Source: Bacteroidota bacterium (GTDB lineage Bacteria; Bacteroidota; Ignavibacteria; UBA10030). Taken from it: a stretch of DNA of 64,000 nucleotides. This document shows positions 35,183-45,477 of this stretch, one piece after another (the stretch's first letter is position 1; each line of letters starts with the position of its first letter). The notes under the pieces were generated by a model. The model was given only the letters and a program-made list of their open reading frames with translations, made no database searches and was not told where the DNA came from. Location: contig JBGFRR010000151.1 in the NCBI GenBank assembly GCA_041695045.1, forward strand, positions 7,245 to 71,244, read 5' to 3'. The translations under genes and the position numbers were made by a program.

Positions 35183-35959
35183 ATGGTAGCCAGACAATCA
35201 GTTGCCATCGAATTGCGAGGGCGTGTAGCGCTTGTCACCGGAGGCTCGCGGGGAATTGGGGCTGCTACTGCCGTTCGGTTGGCAGAGGCCGGAGCGAGCA
35301 TCGTCCTCACGTACCAATCCCACCTCACCGCTGCCCGCGGCGTCGCGGATGAGATCGCGCGACTCGATCGTGATTGCCTGATTGTGAAAGCCAACGTAGC
35401 ATCAGAAAAAGATGTGCGTCGAGCAGTTCGCTCGGCGAAGGAACACTTTGGGCGAGTCGACATTCTCGTCAACAACGCGGGCATCTGGAAGCGCGGGCCG
35501 CTTGAACGCATGACGGGTCGAGAATGGGACGAGACAATGGCCGTCAATCTTACGAGCGCGTTTCTTTTCTGTAAAGAAGTCGTTGGCTTGATGAAGAAAC
35601 GCGGCGGCGCGATCATCAACATTGCAAGCACAGCCGGCCAGCGCGGTGAAGCGTTCTACTCACACTACGCTGCATCGAAAGGAGGAATGATCGCTTTCAC
35701 AAAGTCGATAGCTGTTGAGCTTGCCCCGCACAACATCCGCGTCAACGCTGTAGCGCCCGGATGGGTCGACACGGACATGACGGCGTCGGTGATGAAGAAG
35801 CGGAGCACGCGTCGTGAGGTCGAATCTGTCATTCCGCGCGGCGTCATTGCAGCACCGACTGACATTGCCGATGTTGTGCTCTTCCTCGCGTCCGATCTTT
35901 CCCGCCACATCGTCGGCGCAACAGTCAATGTGAACGGCGGAAGCGTGCTGGTTGACTGA
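35183..35959 (+). CDS. SDR family oxidoreductase (3-oxoacyl-ACP reductase FabG-like)
   Basis: VALVTGGSRGIG, NNAG and the catalytic YAASKGG...PG are present. Confidence 0.8.
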   Translation: MVARQSVAIELRGRVALVTGGSRGIGAATAVRLAEAGASIVLTYQSHLTAARGVADEIARLDRDCLIVKANVASEKDVRRAVRSAKEHFGRVDILVNNAGIWKRGPLERMTGREWDETMAVNLTSAFLFCKEVVGLMKKRGGAIINIASTAGQRGEAFYSHYAASKGGMIAFTKSIAVELAPHNIRVNAVAPGWVDTDMTASVMKKRSTRREVESVIPRGVIAAPTDIADVVLFLASDLSRHIVGATVNVNGGSVLVD

Positions 35960-35989
35960 CAGCGGCTCCCGAGAGTCCGCCGTTTTTGC

Positions 35990-36017
35990 TTGACTTCAAG
36001 GCCAAAATCCTTATATT
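35990..36017 (+). promoter_or_regulatory. sigma70-like promoter (TTGACT, 16-nt spacer, TATATT)
   Basis: -35 at 35990-35995 and -10 at 36012-36017. It lies downstream of a bulged hairpin with a T-run (35962-35987) and 53 nt upstream of ATG 36070. Confidence 0.3.
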
Positions 36018-36069
36018 TTTCGCTGTTCGTTTTTTACCACTCTCACCGTCAGAGGACTGAAAGGTTCGA

Positions 36070-37227
36070 ATGCCATCCAGGAAGGCCTCTTTTCTCAGCG
36101 GTAAGAAAATCGATCCCCGCCCCATCAAGAAAAACATCAACGTCGTTGAGCTTGTCGACCGGCACTTCCAGGCGTACAATGCCAGCCGTCTCCGCGAGGC
36201 CTGCCAGCTTCTTACCGATAAGATGCTCGAACCGGATGTCACCATTGGTCTCAGTCTCACCGGCGCTCTCACACCGGCGGGGCTCGGTGGCTCGTGCATT
36301 GTGCCGTTGATGAAAGCTGGGTTCGTCGATTGGATTGTCAGTACCGGCGCTAATCTCTACCACGACACCCATTTTGCTATCGGTCTTTCCCTTCATCGCG
36401 GTTCTCCGTTCATTGACGACCGTATCTTGCGGCGCGAAGAGGTCATCCGCATCTATGATATTCTGTTCGACTATGACGTGCTGTTAGAGACAGACGAGTT
36501 CTATCGGCAGGTGATCAGCCAGCCGGAATTCCAGAAAGCGATGAGCACGGCGGAGTTCCACTATAAGTTAGGGAACTACATCCGCGAACGCGAGCGGGTG
36601 TTGCGGCTTCCCCACAGCAGCATTCTTGCCACGGCGTACGAATGTGCGGTGCCGGTGTATACACCATCTCCCGGTGATAGCTCCATCGGGATGAACGTAG
36701 CGGAGACGGCGCTTTACGGTAACCGTTGTCAATTCGATGTACTGGCTGATGTCAACGAGACGGCGGCCATCGTTTTGGAGGCGAAGCAAACGGGAGGGCG
36801 CAGCGGCGTGTTGATCTTTGGAGGCGGGTCGCCGAAGAATTTCCTCTTACAAACCGAACCGCAGATTCAGGAAGTCCTGAAGATCAAAGAAAAAGGGCAT
36901 GATTTCTTCGTACAGATAACCGATGCACGCCCCGATACCGGCGGGCTTTCCGGAGCAACTCCGTCGGAGGCGGTCAGCTGGGGAAAGATCGACCCGGACG
37001 AACTCCCCAACACCATCGTTGCATATCTTGATTCCACGATTGCCCTACCGATCATGGCGTCGTATGTGCTTGCCAAGCGCAAGCCGCGTAAGCTCAAGCG
37101 ATTGTATGACCGGCGCTGGGCGACGATGGACCGACTGATGGTAGCAGCCGAACGCGCAAAACGGATTGTCGAGAAAGATAAGAAAACCAAGCACGCCAAT
37201 AATGAAGAAAGGACACGAAAGGCATGA
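36070..37227 (+). CDS. deoxyhypusine synthase-like protein (homospermidine synthase-like)
   Basis: [19 protein letters not shown]...[15 protein letters not shown]...[16 protein letters not shown]...GGGSPKNF is typical of the DHS family. Confidence 0.8.
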   Translation: MPSRKASFLSGKKIDPRPIKKNINVVELVDRHFQAYNASRLREACQLLTDKMLEPDVTIGLSLTGALTPAGLGGSCIVPLMKAGFVDWIVSTGANLYHDTHFAIGLSLHRGSPFIDDRILRREEVIRIYDILFDYDVLLETDEFYRQVISQPEFQKAMSTAEFHYKLGNYIRERERVLRLPHSSILATAYECAVPVYTPSPGDSSIGMNVAETALYGNRCQFDVLADVNETAAIVLEAKQTGGRSGVLIFGGGSPKNFLLQTEPQIQEVLKIKEKGHDFFVQITDARPDTGGLSGATPSEAVSWGKIDPDELPNTIVAYLDSTIALPIMASYVLAKRKPRKLKRLYDRRWATMDRLMVAAERAKRIVEKDKKTKHANNEERTRKA

Positions 37228-37427
37228 GTCGTCACCAGGAACTGCTGGATCTTGTTGAAACGTTTCGCACGGACTTTGAGAAGTTCTACAACAAAGGAAA
37301 CAAAGCGGCCGGCACGCGCGTCCGGAAGCACATGGCCGTGCTGAAACGGAAGGCGCAAGAAATTCGGAACGAAGTTCAAGAACGGAAAGCCAAAATGAAA
37401 GAAGGAGCGGACGCCGACGGAGCGTAG
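37224..37427 (+). CDS. histone H1-like nucleoid protein (Hc1 family)
   Basis: [34 protein letters not shown] is the Hc1-like signature. ATGA overlap with the DHS-like gene. Confidence 0.65.
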   Translation: MSRHQELLDLVETFRTDFEKFYNKGNKAAGTRVRKHMAVLKRKAQEIRNEVQERKAKMKEGADADGA

Positions 37428-37544
37428 CACGCCGCCCCGCTCTCGTCGAACCATCACACTCTCCGGTTCATGCTGCTTGCACGAGGGCAACGACCCTCGT
37501 GTAACGCTCTACCCCCACATTCACGTCGCGTTCAAGGTGCAGTC

Positions 37545-40109
37545 ATGAAGACTCTGGTCTTACTGCTTGCGTCATGTTGGTGTCTCTCGTTCAGCCTCGC
37601 CAATCAACACGAATCGTCAGAAGCACAATCGCTTCGCGTCATTCCTACTCCACAGAACGTGCAAATCCGATCGGGTGCGTACCGTATCACATCGCAAACA
37701 CGCATCGTGCTTGGTGAAGGAACGAAAGCGGACGACGCATGGGCTGCCGAGCATATCGTGAAGGGTGTGGAAGAACTTCGCGGACGCGAACAGAACGTTG
37801 TGAAGGAGAGCGCGCTGCGGAGGATGTCGGCAAACTATGTCTACATCGGCACGCCGAGGTCGGAGTTTGGCGCCGAGCAACTGCGAGCGCGTGGGGGAAG
37901 AATGAGTTCAGCAATGCGCGAGGAAGGATATTTCCTTGACGCGAACACAAACGGCGTCGTGATTCTCGCAGAATCCCCGCGCGGACGCTTCTACGGAGCG
38001 ATGACGCTGCTGCAAATCATCGAGCGTCAACGCAGAAGCGTGTTGGTTCCCGCGGTGAGCGTTCACGATTGGCCTGTACAGAAAATCCGCGGCATCACGG
38101 ACGATATCAGCCGCGGACAAATCTCGACGCTCGACAACTTCAAAAAGATCATCCGCTTCCTCTCCCACTATAAACTGAACACCTATGCACTCTACATGGA
38201 GGATGTTTTCACGTTCCGAAAGCATCCCCCCATCGGGAAAAGCCGCGGCGCCCTTACGGCGGCAGAAGTGAAGGAGCTCGATGCCTACGCGCGCCAACAT
38301 CACGTGGAACTCATCCCCATCTTCCAAACGCTCGGCCACTGGGAGAACATTCTTCTCCTGCCCGAGTATGCTGTGTATGCGGAGTTCCCCGGCGCACACA
38401 CGCTCAACGTTTCCGACGGCCGCACCTACCGCCTGCTGGATGAACTCATCGGCGAGGTCGCGCAGGCGTTCAGTTCCCCCTACGTTCATATCGGCGCGGA
38501 CGAATCGTGGGATGTCGGGAAAGGAGCCAGCATGCAGCGCGTCGCGGCAAGCGATATTGCGACCGTTCATGCAAACCACTACAAGCGTGTCTTCGAAATC
38601 CTCAGGAAATACAGGAAAAAGCCGATGCTGTATGGTGATATGCTCTTAAAGCACCCTGCTGTTATTCCGCAACTCCCTAAGGACGTCATCGTTATGGATT
38701 GGCAGTATCATGCAGCCGAGACCTATGCGAGCGCCGAGACGTTCAAAATGTCGGGCGTGCCGTTTGTGGTTTCTCCGGCTGTCATGAATTTCACCGGGCC
38801 CTTCCCCGATTATCTCAACACGTTTGTTAACGTCCGAGCCTTCAATCGTAGTGGGTATCGTAACGGGTCGCTGGGGGTCCTGACTTCCAACTGGAATGAC
38901 TTCGGCGGCGAGGCGTTGCGCGAGCTGAACTTCTGGGGCTACGCGTGGACGGCAGAGTGCGCGTGGCAGCCCGACCCGCCTCTGGCGGACGGCCGGACGG
39001 AGTTCAACCGGAAATTCTTCTCTGAGTTCTTCGGCGTCAACAATCCCGCCGACGCGATCGCTGTGTATCACCTCCTCTCCCAGCCGTTCAACAGATACAC
39101 CTGGCATGAACTCTGGCGCCACCCGATGTTGCCCCCGCAAAGCGGGGCGTCAAGTATGAACTATCTTGTGCGCGTGGAGAGCATTGAGTCAACGATGCCG
39201 CTGGTGCAATCACTTCTCGCGGAGCTCAAGAAGCAGGCCACGCAGAATCATGACCAGGTTGCGCATCTCGAGTTTATCAGTCGGCTCAATCTGTGGTTTG
39301 CGAAGAAGCTGACGATGGGGAAGCGCGTTCGGACGATGATGAGCAGCAGCACGACGGTCAATCGCGACTCGATTCAGCGAGCAGCCCTTCAGCTGATGAG
39401 CGGCGTCGTTCCGGAGCTTCAATCGCTCAAGGAGGAGTTCGCCCGGCTCTGGAAACAATCTAACCGTGAGGCCGGCCTGGAGCTTCTGTTGCAGCGCTAC
39501 GACCGGCAGGCGGCGTACTGGAACGAAACCATAGAGCAAATTCGAAGAGGCGACGCGCAAATCGATCCGCGTATTCCGAGCGAGTGGATTTACCATGGCC
39601 TGACGAACCCGCGAGCACAAGACACAGCAGCCGCGCAGGTTCCCCGCGCATACTTTCGTTACACGCTTGAGCTTCACGAGCAGCCAAGCGCAGCGATGGT
39701 TCAGCTCATCGGCGATACGCATGCGAGGCTGTGGGTGAATGAGACGGAGGTTGGCGAGGTGGCCGCGCGGCCTTCGCTCTCGCTCATTGTCGAGCATCAG
39801 CGCGTGAAAGCATGGGACGTCAGCCGGTATCTTCGTGCCGGAAAGAACATCGTTGCCGTGGAGGTTGCGAATTACGATGAGCCCGGGTCGGCGGGGTTCA
39901 ATCTCTACGGAGAACTCACGTTTCGTGACGGGACGACGAGGACGCTTCTCTCGGACTCGACGTGGACCGTCTCGCCTCACTTGCAACAAGGGTGGAACGG
40001 ACTTGCCTTTGATGATCGTGGGTGGGAATACGCTGCGGCGAAGCAATTCCCGCTGCCCGTTGTTCGGCCGAACTTCGCTTCCGGGCGCCTATCCTGGATT
40101 GAACGGTAG
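37545..40109 (+). CDS. GH20 beta-N-acetylhexosaminidase with C-terminal beta-sandwich domains
   Basis: Signal peptide MKTLVLLLASCWCLSFSLA. It contains IRGITDDISRGQIST, LNTYALYMED, HIGADE and a W-rich active-site region. Confidence 0.8.
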   Translation: MKTLVLLLASCWCLSFSLANQHESSEAQSLRVIPTPQNVQIRSGAYRITSQTRIVLGEGTKADDAWAAEHIVKGVEELRGREQNVVKESALRRMSANYVYIGTPRSEFGAEQLRARGGRMSSAMREEGYFLDANTNGVVILAESPRGRFYGAMTLLQIIERQRRSVLVPAVSVHDWPVQKIRGITDDISRGQISTLDNFKKIIRFLSHYKLNTYALYMEDVFTFRKHPPIGKSRGALTAAEVKELDAYARQHHVELIPIFQTLGHWENILLLPEYAVYAEFPGAHTLNVSDGRTYRLLDELIGEVAQAFSSPYVHIGADESWDVGKGASMQRVAASDIATVHANHYKRVFEILRKYRKKPMLYGDMLLKHPAVIPQLPKDVIVMDWQYHAAETYASAETFKMSGVPFVVSPAVMNFTGPFPDYLNTFVNVRAFNRSGYRNGSLGVLTSNWNDFGGEALRELNFWGYAWTAECAWQPDPPLADGRTEFNRKFFSEFFGVNNPADAIAVYHLLSQPFNRYTWHELWRHPMLPPQSGASSMNYLVRVESIESTMPLVQSLLAELKKQATQNHDQVAHLEFISRLNLWFAKKLTMGKRVRTMMSSSTTVNRDSIQRAALQLMSGVVPELQSLKEEFARLWKQSNREAGLELLLQRYDRQAAYWNETIEQIRRGDAQIDPRIPSEWIYHGLTNPRAQDTAAAQVPRAYFRYTLELHEQPSAAMVQLIGDTHARLWVNETEVGEVAARPSLSLIVEHQRVKAWDVSRYLRAGKNIVAVEVANYDEPGSAGFNLYGELTFRDGTTRTLLSDSTWTVSPHLQQGWNGLAFDDRGWEYAAAKQFPLPVVRPNFASGRLSWIER

Positions 40110-40277
40110 AGCGGCGGATAGGTCAAAGAAAACAAAAAAGGCGCGAGGCATCGATGAAATACGGAGAGGTAGTTCATTCGAGAGATTTCCACTGTTTTTA
40201 AGCCAGCAAAACGACATTCTTAAAAACGGGAATGGGTGATTGAAGAAATGGCATCGTGCAATGGGAATGCCTAAACT

Positions 40278-40607
40278 ATGCCCATTTTTGGGCAAACACG
40301 GATGGCACGCTACTTGTCCATCGTTGAGATGAAAGGACAACCTGCAGAACGAAGTATGAGACTACGGATCAAGACTGACGAACTCCGCTGCGACCATGAA
40401 TGCCGCTACGACTGCGGGCTGCTGATGGAGGCGCTGCGGCGTGAATCTGAGCTTGGGAAGTTCTATGATGAGATCCTCCGCCGGTGCGACAAGCCGGATG
40501 TTCGCGCATTCATCGCAGAGCTCGCGGAAAAACGACGCGAGCGTATCAACCAGACTGTCGCACAGATCAACCGTCTGTATTCCTCATTTGACCCAGCCGG
40601 CGTGTAG
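40278..40607 (+). CDS. hypothetical protein
   Basis: 109-aa ORF upstream of the oxidoreductase genes. No family was recognised, and an internal start at 40356 is possible. Confidence 0.35.
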   Translation: MPIFGQTRMARYLSIVEMKGQPAERSMRLRIKTDELRCDHECRYDCGLLMEALRRESELGKFYDEILRRCDKPDVRAFIAELAEKRRERINQTVAQINRLYSSFDPAGV

Positions 40608-40628
40608 GCGTGAAGCGACGAACTGTGC

Positions 40629-41795
40629 ATGCCCCGCCACGTTGAACATACCATTCGACTCCGCTCCGGTAACCAGATGATTGCGGAGGGAGCCATCCAG
40701 GCAGGTTGTCGATTCTTTGCCGGCTACCCGATCACCCCCGCCACAGGAATCTTCAAGACGATGGTTGACCAACTTCCCGCGCACAACGGCCTCGCGCTCA
40801 GTGCGCCGGATGAAATCTCCGCCATCGCGTACTGCATCGGTGCATCCATGCGTGGATACAAAGCCATGACGGCAACGTCCGGTCCGGGTTGGGCGCTGAT
40901 GACCGAATCCGTGCAGTATGCGTTGATGACGGAAACGCCGCTTGTTGTCGCGCTCGTGCAGCGACTTGGCCCCAGCACAGGCGGAGCGACGCAAGGTGCA
41001 CAGGGCGATGTGCTGCTTGCGGAATTCTGCACTTCGGGTGGGTACACGATTCCGATCCTGTGTCCCACCAACGCGCGAGATTGTTACGAACTTACGATTC
41101 TTGCCTTCACGTGGTCGGAGCTGTTGCGCACGCCCGTCATCGTGTTGAGCGACAAAGAGGTTGGGATGACAATTGAAAGTGTGAACTACTCAACGTTGCC
41201 GGCAGTAACATCGCAGGAACGGCTCACGAATTTTGCATTCCGGACGCAGGGAGAACACAACAAACACCGGCGGTGGGGGACGTACTCTATCGATGCGAGC
41301 CATGAGGTTCCGGTGTTTGCGCCGGTCGGTGGAGAGCGAAAAGTGACGGCCACTGGTTCTGCCCATGACAAACAGGGGAGGCTCCAGAAGAATTCGACCG
41401 AGACAGTCGAGATGTTACGGCACCTTGAGGATAAGATCCGCTGGCGTGCAGGCGATCTTGCTGTGGTCAATACCGACCTTCAGGCGTCAGCGAACACGCT
41501 GGTTATGAGTTACGGAATCACGAGCCGAGCTGCGCGGGAGGCCGTTGTTGAGGCGCGCCGACAGGGCCGGAAGGTCTCGTCCATGAACATCCTTTCGCTC
41601 TTTCCAGTCCCTGTGAAAATAATAACCAATGCGCTCCAGAAGGTAGAGCGTGTGATCGTTGCGGAAGAGAACCTTAACGGACTCTACCGCTCCGTTCTGG
41701 AACGCTATTGCAATGGCCGGCAGGTCATTGGTGTCAATTCCATAGGTTCGATGATCACGCCGCAAAAAATTCTCGCTGCAATCCTTTTGAAATAA
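40629..41795 (+). CDS. korA: 2-oxoacid:ferredoxin oxidoreductase alpha subunit
   Basis: GNQMIAEGAIQAGCRFFAGYPITPAT...TSGPGWALM is present. It has no N-terminal gamma domain. Confidence 0.8.
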   Translation: MPRHVEHTIRLRSGNQMIAEGAIQAGCRFFAGYPITPATGIFKTMVDQLPAHNGLALSAPDEISAIAYCIGASMRGYKAMTATSGPGWALMTESVQYALMTETPLVVALVQRLGPSTGGATQGAQGDVLLAEFCTSGGYTIPILCPTNARDCYELTILAFTWSELLRTPVIVLSDKEVGMTIESVNYSTLPAVTSQERLTNFAFRTQGEHNKHRRWGTYSIDASHEVPVFAPVGGERKVTATGSAHDKQGRLQKNSTETVEMLRHLEDKIRWRAGDLAVVNTDLQASANTLVMSYGITSRAAREAVVEARRQGRKVSSMNILSLFPVPVKIITNALQKVERVIVAEENLNGLYRSVLERYCNGRQVIGVNSIGSMITPQKILAAILLK

Positions 41796-43177
41796 TGACG
41801 CCGATGGACATCCCGATCAACACAACCGGAATGCCTGCAGCACGCACGTCGTATCTTGTGGACAACCCGCAGTTCCCGTTCTGCAAGGGCTGCAGTCATA
41901 CGATCGTTCTCCGCAGGCTGAGCGAAGCCCTCGTCGCTCTGCAAATTCCGCCGAAGGATGTTGTGCTTGTAACGGACATCGGTTGTATTGGTCTGGCGGA
42001 TGCCCTGTTTGGCGAGGTCCACACCGTCCACACCACACACGGAAGGTCAACGGCATTTGCCACGGGGATTGCATTAGCGGACTCTGTTCTCGCCAACGGA
42101 AGGCTCAAAACGATTGTTTTGATCGGAGACGGCGGAGCGATGATCGGCCTGCTGCATCTTGTCCACGCGGCCATGCTGAATACGGACATCACCGTTCTGA
42201 TCTGCAACAATTTTGTCTATGGGATGACGGGCGGGCAAGGGTCGGGATTGACGCCGGAGCGTTTCAGAACCTCCACGACGCCCGGGGGCAACATCGTTCC
42301 GCCGGCGAACTTGTGTGAGATACTGAAGGACAGCCACGCTCCATTCGTTGCACGAGTTTCAGCTCTTGACCCATCGCTCTCTGCAACGCTTCAGCACGCA
42401 GTGGAATTCAAGGGTTTCGCAGCGGTCGAGATCCTGGAACTCTGTACAGAATATGCCGTACCGATGAATGAGCTGACCGGAAACAAGCTCGTGGAGGTAG
42501 CAGAGCGGAACCAGTGGAGGATGGGAGTGCTGAACGATTCCAACGAGCGTTTGACGTACGCGGAACGTCTCGCTCTGGTGAAACACGCTGAACAGAAAGT
42601 CGAAAAATCTCTCCCGGACACGGTTGTAGTTTCCCGAAAGCCGCACCTGAAAAAACCGGTCAGTATCATTCTTGCCGGGAGCGCGGGAGAACGAGTACAA
42701 TCTGCCGCGACTGCAATCTGCCATGCTGCAATTCTCTCCGGCCTTCACGTTACGCAGAAGAACGATAATCCCGTTACGCAAGGATCGGGCTTCTCCTCCT
42801 CCGAGATCTGGCTCAGTCCAAATCCGATCGGCTACACCGGTATCGGGTGTCCGGGCTTCGTCGTTGTTGTATCTGAGGATGGATTACGAGAGCTCCGTAG
42901 CCACGGGGTGTTCGAGCGGGTTGACGAGACATCGACTATTTACATCGATCAATCGTTGGAGTGGCGTGAGCGTCCTCGGGTGGTGCGCGCAATACCGTTG
43001 CGGAAGACATTCGGGCCTCCGTACGCCGCCATCGGAGCATTGATGTTCGTGGCAACGATCCACAACCTCATCGACAGTCCTACGCTCCAGAGGACGGTCT
43101 ACGCTCGCCTCGGCGATCAGGCAGCAACGCTGCTCTCAAAAGTGCAGGGACTGGAGAAGTCATTCCCAGCCGGTTAG
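41795..43177 (+). CDS. korB: 2-oxoacid:ferredoxin oxidoreductase beta (TPP-binding) subunit with C-terminal gamma-like domain
   Basis: FCKGCSH, DIGCIG and IGDGG...NN.VYGMTGGQ are TPP motifs. SIILAGSAGERVQSAA...GSGFSSSEIWLS is gamma-domain-like. Its ATG overlaps the korA stop (TAATG). Confidence 0.8.
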   Translation: MTPMDIPINTTGMPAARTSYLVDNPQFPFCKGCSHTIVLRRLSEALVALQIPPKDVVLVTDIGCIGLADALFGEVHTVHTTHGRSTAFATGIALADSVLANGRLKTIVLIGDGGAMIGLLHLVHAAMLNTDITVLICNNFVYGMTGGQGSGLTPERFRTSTTPGGNIVPPANLCEILKDSHAPFVARVSALDPSLSATLQHAVEFKGFAAVEILELCTEYAVPMNELTGNKLVEVAERNQWRMGVLNDSNERLTYAERLALVKHAEQKVEKSLPDTVVVSRKPHLKKPVSIILAGSAGERVQSAATAICHAAILSGLHVTQKNDNPVTQGSGFSSSEIWLSPNPIGYTGIGCPGFVVVVSEDGLRELRSHGVFERVDETSTIYIDQSLEWRERPRVVRAIPLRKTFGPPYAAIGALMFVATIHNLIDSPTLQRTVYARLGDQAATLLSKVQGLEKSFPAG

Positions 43178-43400
43178 AAACGCCCATGATCAACTACGAA
43201 ATAGTGATTACGTTGTTCATCCGCCAGACAATCCCGCCTTGATTCACGATTTGTCAACAAAGGTCAATTCAAGCGAAATCTGATCGCCGTTCACCTAGTC
43301 TGTTTTTTTCCTCAATTGAAACTCACCCATCTTTTCTGTATCATCGAACCCACACGCGGAGCGCCCCACAAACCAATCCCGCAACGTGGGACTTACCGGT

Positions 43401-44213
43401 ATGTCTTCTCTTTCATTGCTCTTATTGTTCTGCGGCGGACTCGTTACTGGCACGGTCGGGGCGTTGCTCGGCATCGGCGGCGGACTCTTCCTCGTGCCGT
43501 TTCTCGTGCTCGTCGTCGGCGTCCCGATGCACCAGGCCGTTGCAACGAGTCTCATCGCCGTCATCGCCACCTCGAGTGCAGCCGCAGCGGTGAACGTCGA
43601 GCGCGGTCTGGTGAATGTGCGGTTAGGCATGGTGTTGGAGATTGCCACCGTGTTTGGGGCAATCGTCGGTGCTCTTGTGGCGCACGGTATAGACGAGCGC
43701 CGGCTTTCGAAAATTTTCGCTGTCATCATGCTTGCGGTAGCGCTCCTTATGTGGTACCGGCTCCGCAGACCGGAGCGGGCCGCAGGAATTCAGCCCCGCG
43801 GCCGATTGAGCGGCACATACTTCGACGATGCCGTGAACGCCGTGGTGCCGTACGGTGTGCGCCGTATTCGTGAGACGCTTGGCATCTCGTTGTTCGCCGG
43901 CACGATTTCCGGTCTGCTGGGGGTGGGCGGAGGCATCTTTAAGGTGCCGGCCATGCATCTCATTTCCGGCGTGCCGATGAAGGTGGCTACCGCCACAAGC
44001 AATTTTATGATCGGCGTGACGGCTGCGGCAAGCGCATTTCTCTACTTCGCGCACGGCAATATCAACCCCGTGCTCTCGTCGTCGGCGGTGCTTGGCGTGT
44101 TCCTCGGGTCGATGGCCGGCATCGTACTCGCCAAACGGATTCAAGGCCGGACGATGACAATTCTTTTTATCATCGTGCTCATCGTCGTTTCCATCCAGAT
44201 GTTTACTCGTTAA
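43401..44213 (+). CDS. TSUP (TauE/SafE) family anion permease
   Basis: GALLGIGGGLFLVPFLVLVVGVPMHQAVATSL and the second repeat LLGVGGGIFKVPAM are present. Confidence 0.8.
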   Translation: MSSLSLLLLFCGGLVTGTVGALLGIGGGLFLVPFLVLVVGVPMHQAVATSLIAVIATSSAAAAVNVERGLVNVRLGMVLEIATVFGAIVGALVAHGIDERRLSKIFAVIMLAVALLMWYRLRRPERAAGIQPRGRLSGTYFDDAVNAVVPYGVRRIRETLGISLFAGTISGLLGVGGGIFKVPAMHLISGVPMKVATATSNFMIGVTAAASAFLYFAHGNINPVLSSSAVLGVFLGSMAGIVLAKRIQGRTMTILFIIVLIVVSIQMFTR

Positions 44214-44216
44214 GCC

Positions 44217-44642
44217 ATGACTATGAACAATCCCACGCCGGCCGCAGCCGTTCCATCTCAATCCTACGAACGATGGATCAGCAAAACACTCCGCATCGGC
44301 GTCGGCTTGAGTACCATCCTTATGGTGGGGGGATTGACGATTGCCGCCCTGCAAGACACACCCGTTGCAGTTCCTCTGGTGAACCCCTCGCTCGTAGAGT
44401 TGTTCGCGCGTCTTGTAGCGGGCTCGTTCGGTGCAACGGCCAACGCCGTCGCCTTGATGATGATGTACACAGGCTTGCTTCTCTTGATGCTTACGCCGTT
44501 TATGCGTGTCACTGCAACGACGATTTCCTTCAGCCTGCTGCGCGATTGGAGGTTTGTCTCCGTCTCGCTTCTTGTGCTGGCCATGCTCGTCGGTCAGCTT
44601 GTGCTTTCGCTTGCCACGTCCACCCCGGGGCACACGCCATGA
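44217..44642 (+). CDS. DUF1634 membrane protein (usual partner of TSUP permeases)
   Basis: YERWISKTLRIGVGLSTILMVGG and 3-4 TM segments. It starts 3 nt after the TSUP stop. Confidence 0.7.
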   Translation: MTMNNPTPAAAVPSQSYERWISKTLRIGVGLSTILMVGGLTIAALQDTPVAVPLVNPSLVELFARLVAGSFGATANAVALMMMYTGLLLLMLTPFMRVTATTISFSLLRDWRFVSVSLLVLAMLVGQLVLSLATSTPGHTP

Positions 44643-45175
44643 TCCTTTCCGACAAACGCATCCTTGAAGAGATGAAGCGCGGCTCCATCGTCATCAAGCC
44701 GTTTCACCGGCGCTATCTCGGCTCGAACAGCTACGATGTACACCTCGGCCGTTGGTTGGCAATGTACAATGACGAAATCCTCGACAGCAGGAAACACAAT
44801 ACGGTGCGCTACTTCAAGATTCCGACCGAGGGACTGATTCTCGTCCCGAGCAAACTCTATCTCGGCGTCACGCACGAGTACACGGAGACGCATCGCCATG
44901 TGCCGTTTCTGGAGGGCAAGAGCAGCATCGGACGGTTGGGCATTGATATTCACGCGACGGCAGGAAAGGGGGATGTGGGATTCTGCAACACCTGGACGCT
45001 CGAGATCTCCGTGCGACAACCCGTGCGCATTTATACCGGCATGCCGATCGGGCAGTTGATTTACTTTGAGGTGTCGGGAGAGGTTGCGGTACCGTACTCG
45101 AAGAAGAAGAGCGCAAAATACAACAAACGGAGTATCAAGCCGGTAGAGTCCATGATGTGGAAGAATTTTCAGTAG
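44639..45175 (+). CDS. dcd: dCTP deaminase
   Basis: MILSDKRILEEM..G.I.I.PF....L..NSYDVHLG...LEGKSSIGRLGI..H is present. ATGA overlap with the upstream gene. Confidence 0.85.
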   Translation: MILSDKRILEEMKRGSIVIKPFHRRYLGSNSYDVHLGRWLAMYNDEILDSRKHNTVRYFKIPTEGLILVPSKLYLGVTHEYTETHRHVPFLEGKSSIGRLGIDIHATAGKGDVGFCNTWTLEISVRQPVRIYTGMPIGQLIYFEVSGEVAVPYSKKKSAKYNKRSIKPVESMMWKNFQ

Positions 45176-45205
45176 TGAAGTATAAAGTACCAAGTAGTAA
45201 GACTT

Positions 45206-45344
45206 GCAGGTGTTGAAACAGTCAAAAGCGTTGCCCACAAACCACGCGAAAGACGCTAATATGTTTCTTTTTCGCGTTCGTTCGCGCCTGCCTGCAGCAG
45301 GCAGGTGTTTAGCGGGCAAATGAAGTTGTTTTTTCAACACCTGC
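45206..45344. other. 139-bp element bounded by 13-bp inverted repeats, with nested hairpins
   Basis: gcaggtgttgaaa (45206-45218) pairs with tttcaacacctgc (45332-45344). Inner pairs are acgcgaaa/tttcgcgt, cctgcctgc/gcaggcagg and ttgccc/gggcaa. Confidence 0.35.
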
Positions 45345-45477
45345 TTGTGGTGCCTGTGTACAGACAGCAGAAGGTAGATAAAGGTAGATGGCAGTAATGG
45401 CAATCATTGAGCGAGGCCGTTGTGAGTAGAAATTACAGAGAAAGACCGTTGAGGAATCTCAACACGAACAATGCACT

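Noticed and set aside
36055-36075. tRNA T-arm-like string ggttcgaatg
   Set aside because: No acceptor, D or anticodon stems can be drawn around it, and it overlaps the start of the deoxyhypusine-synthase-like gene. No other tRNA-like T-loops were seen in the window.
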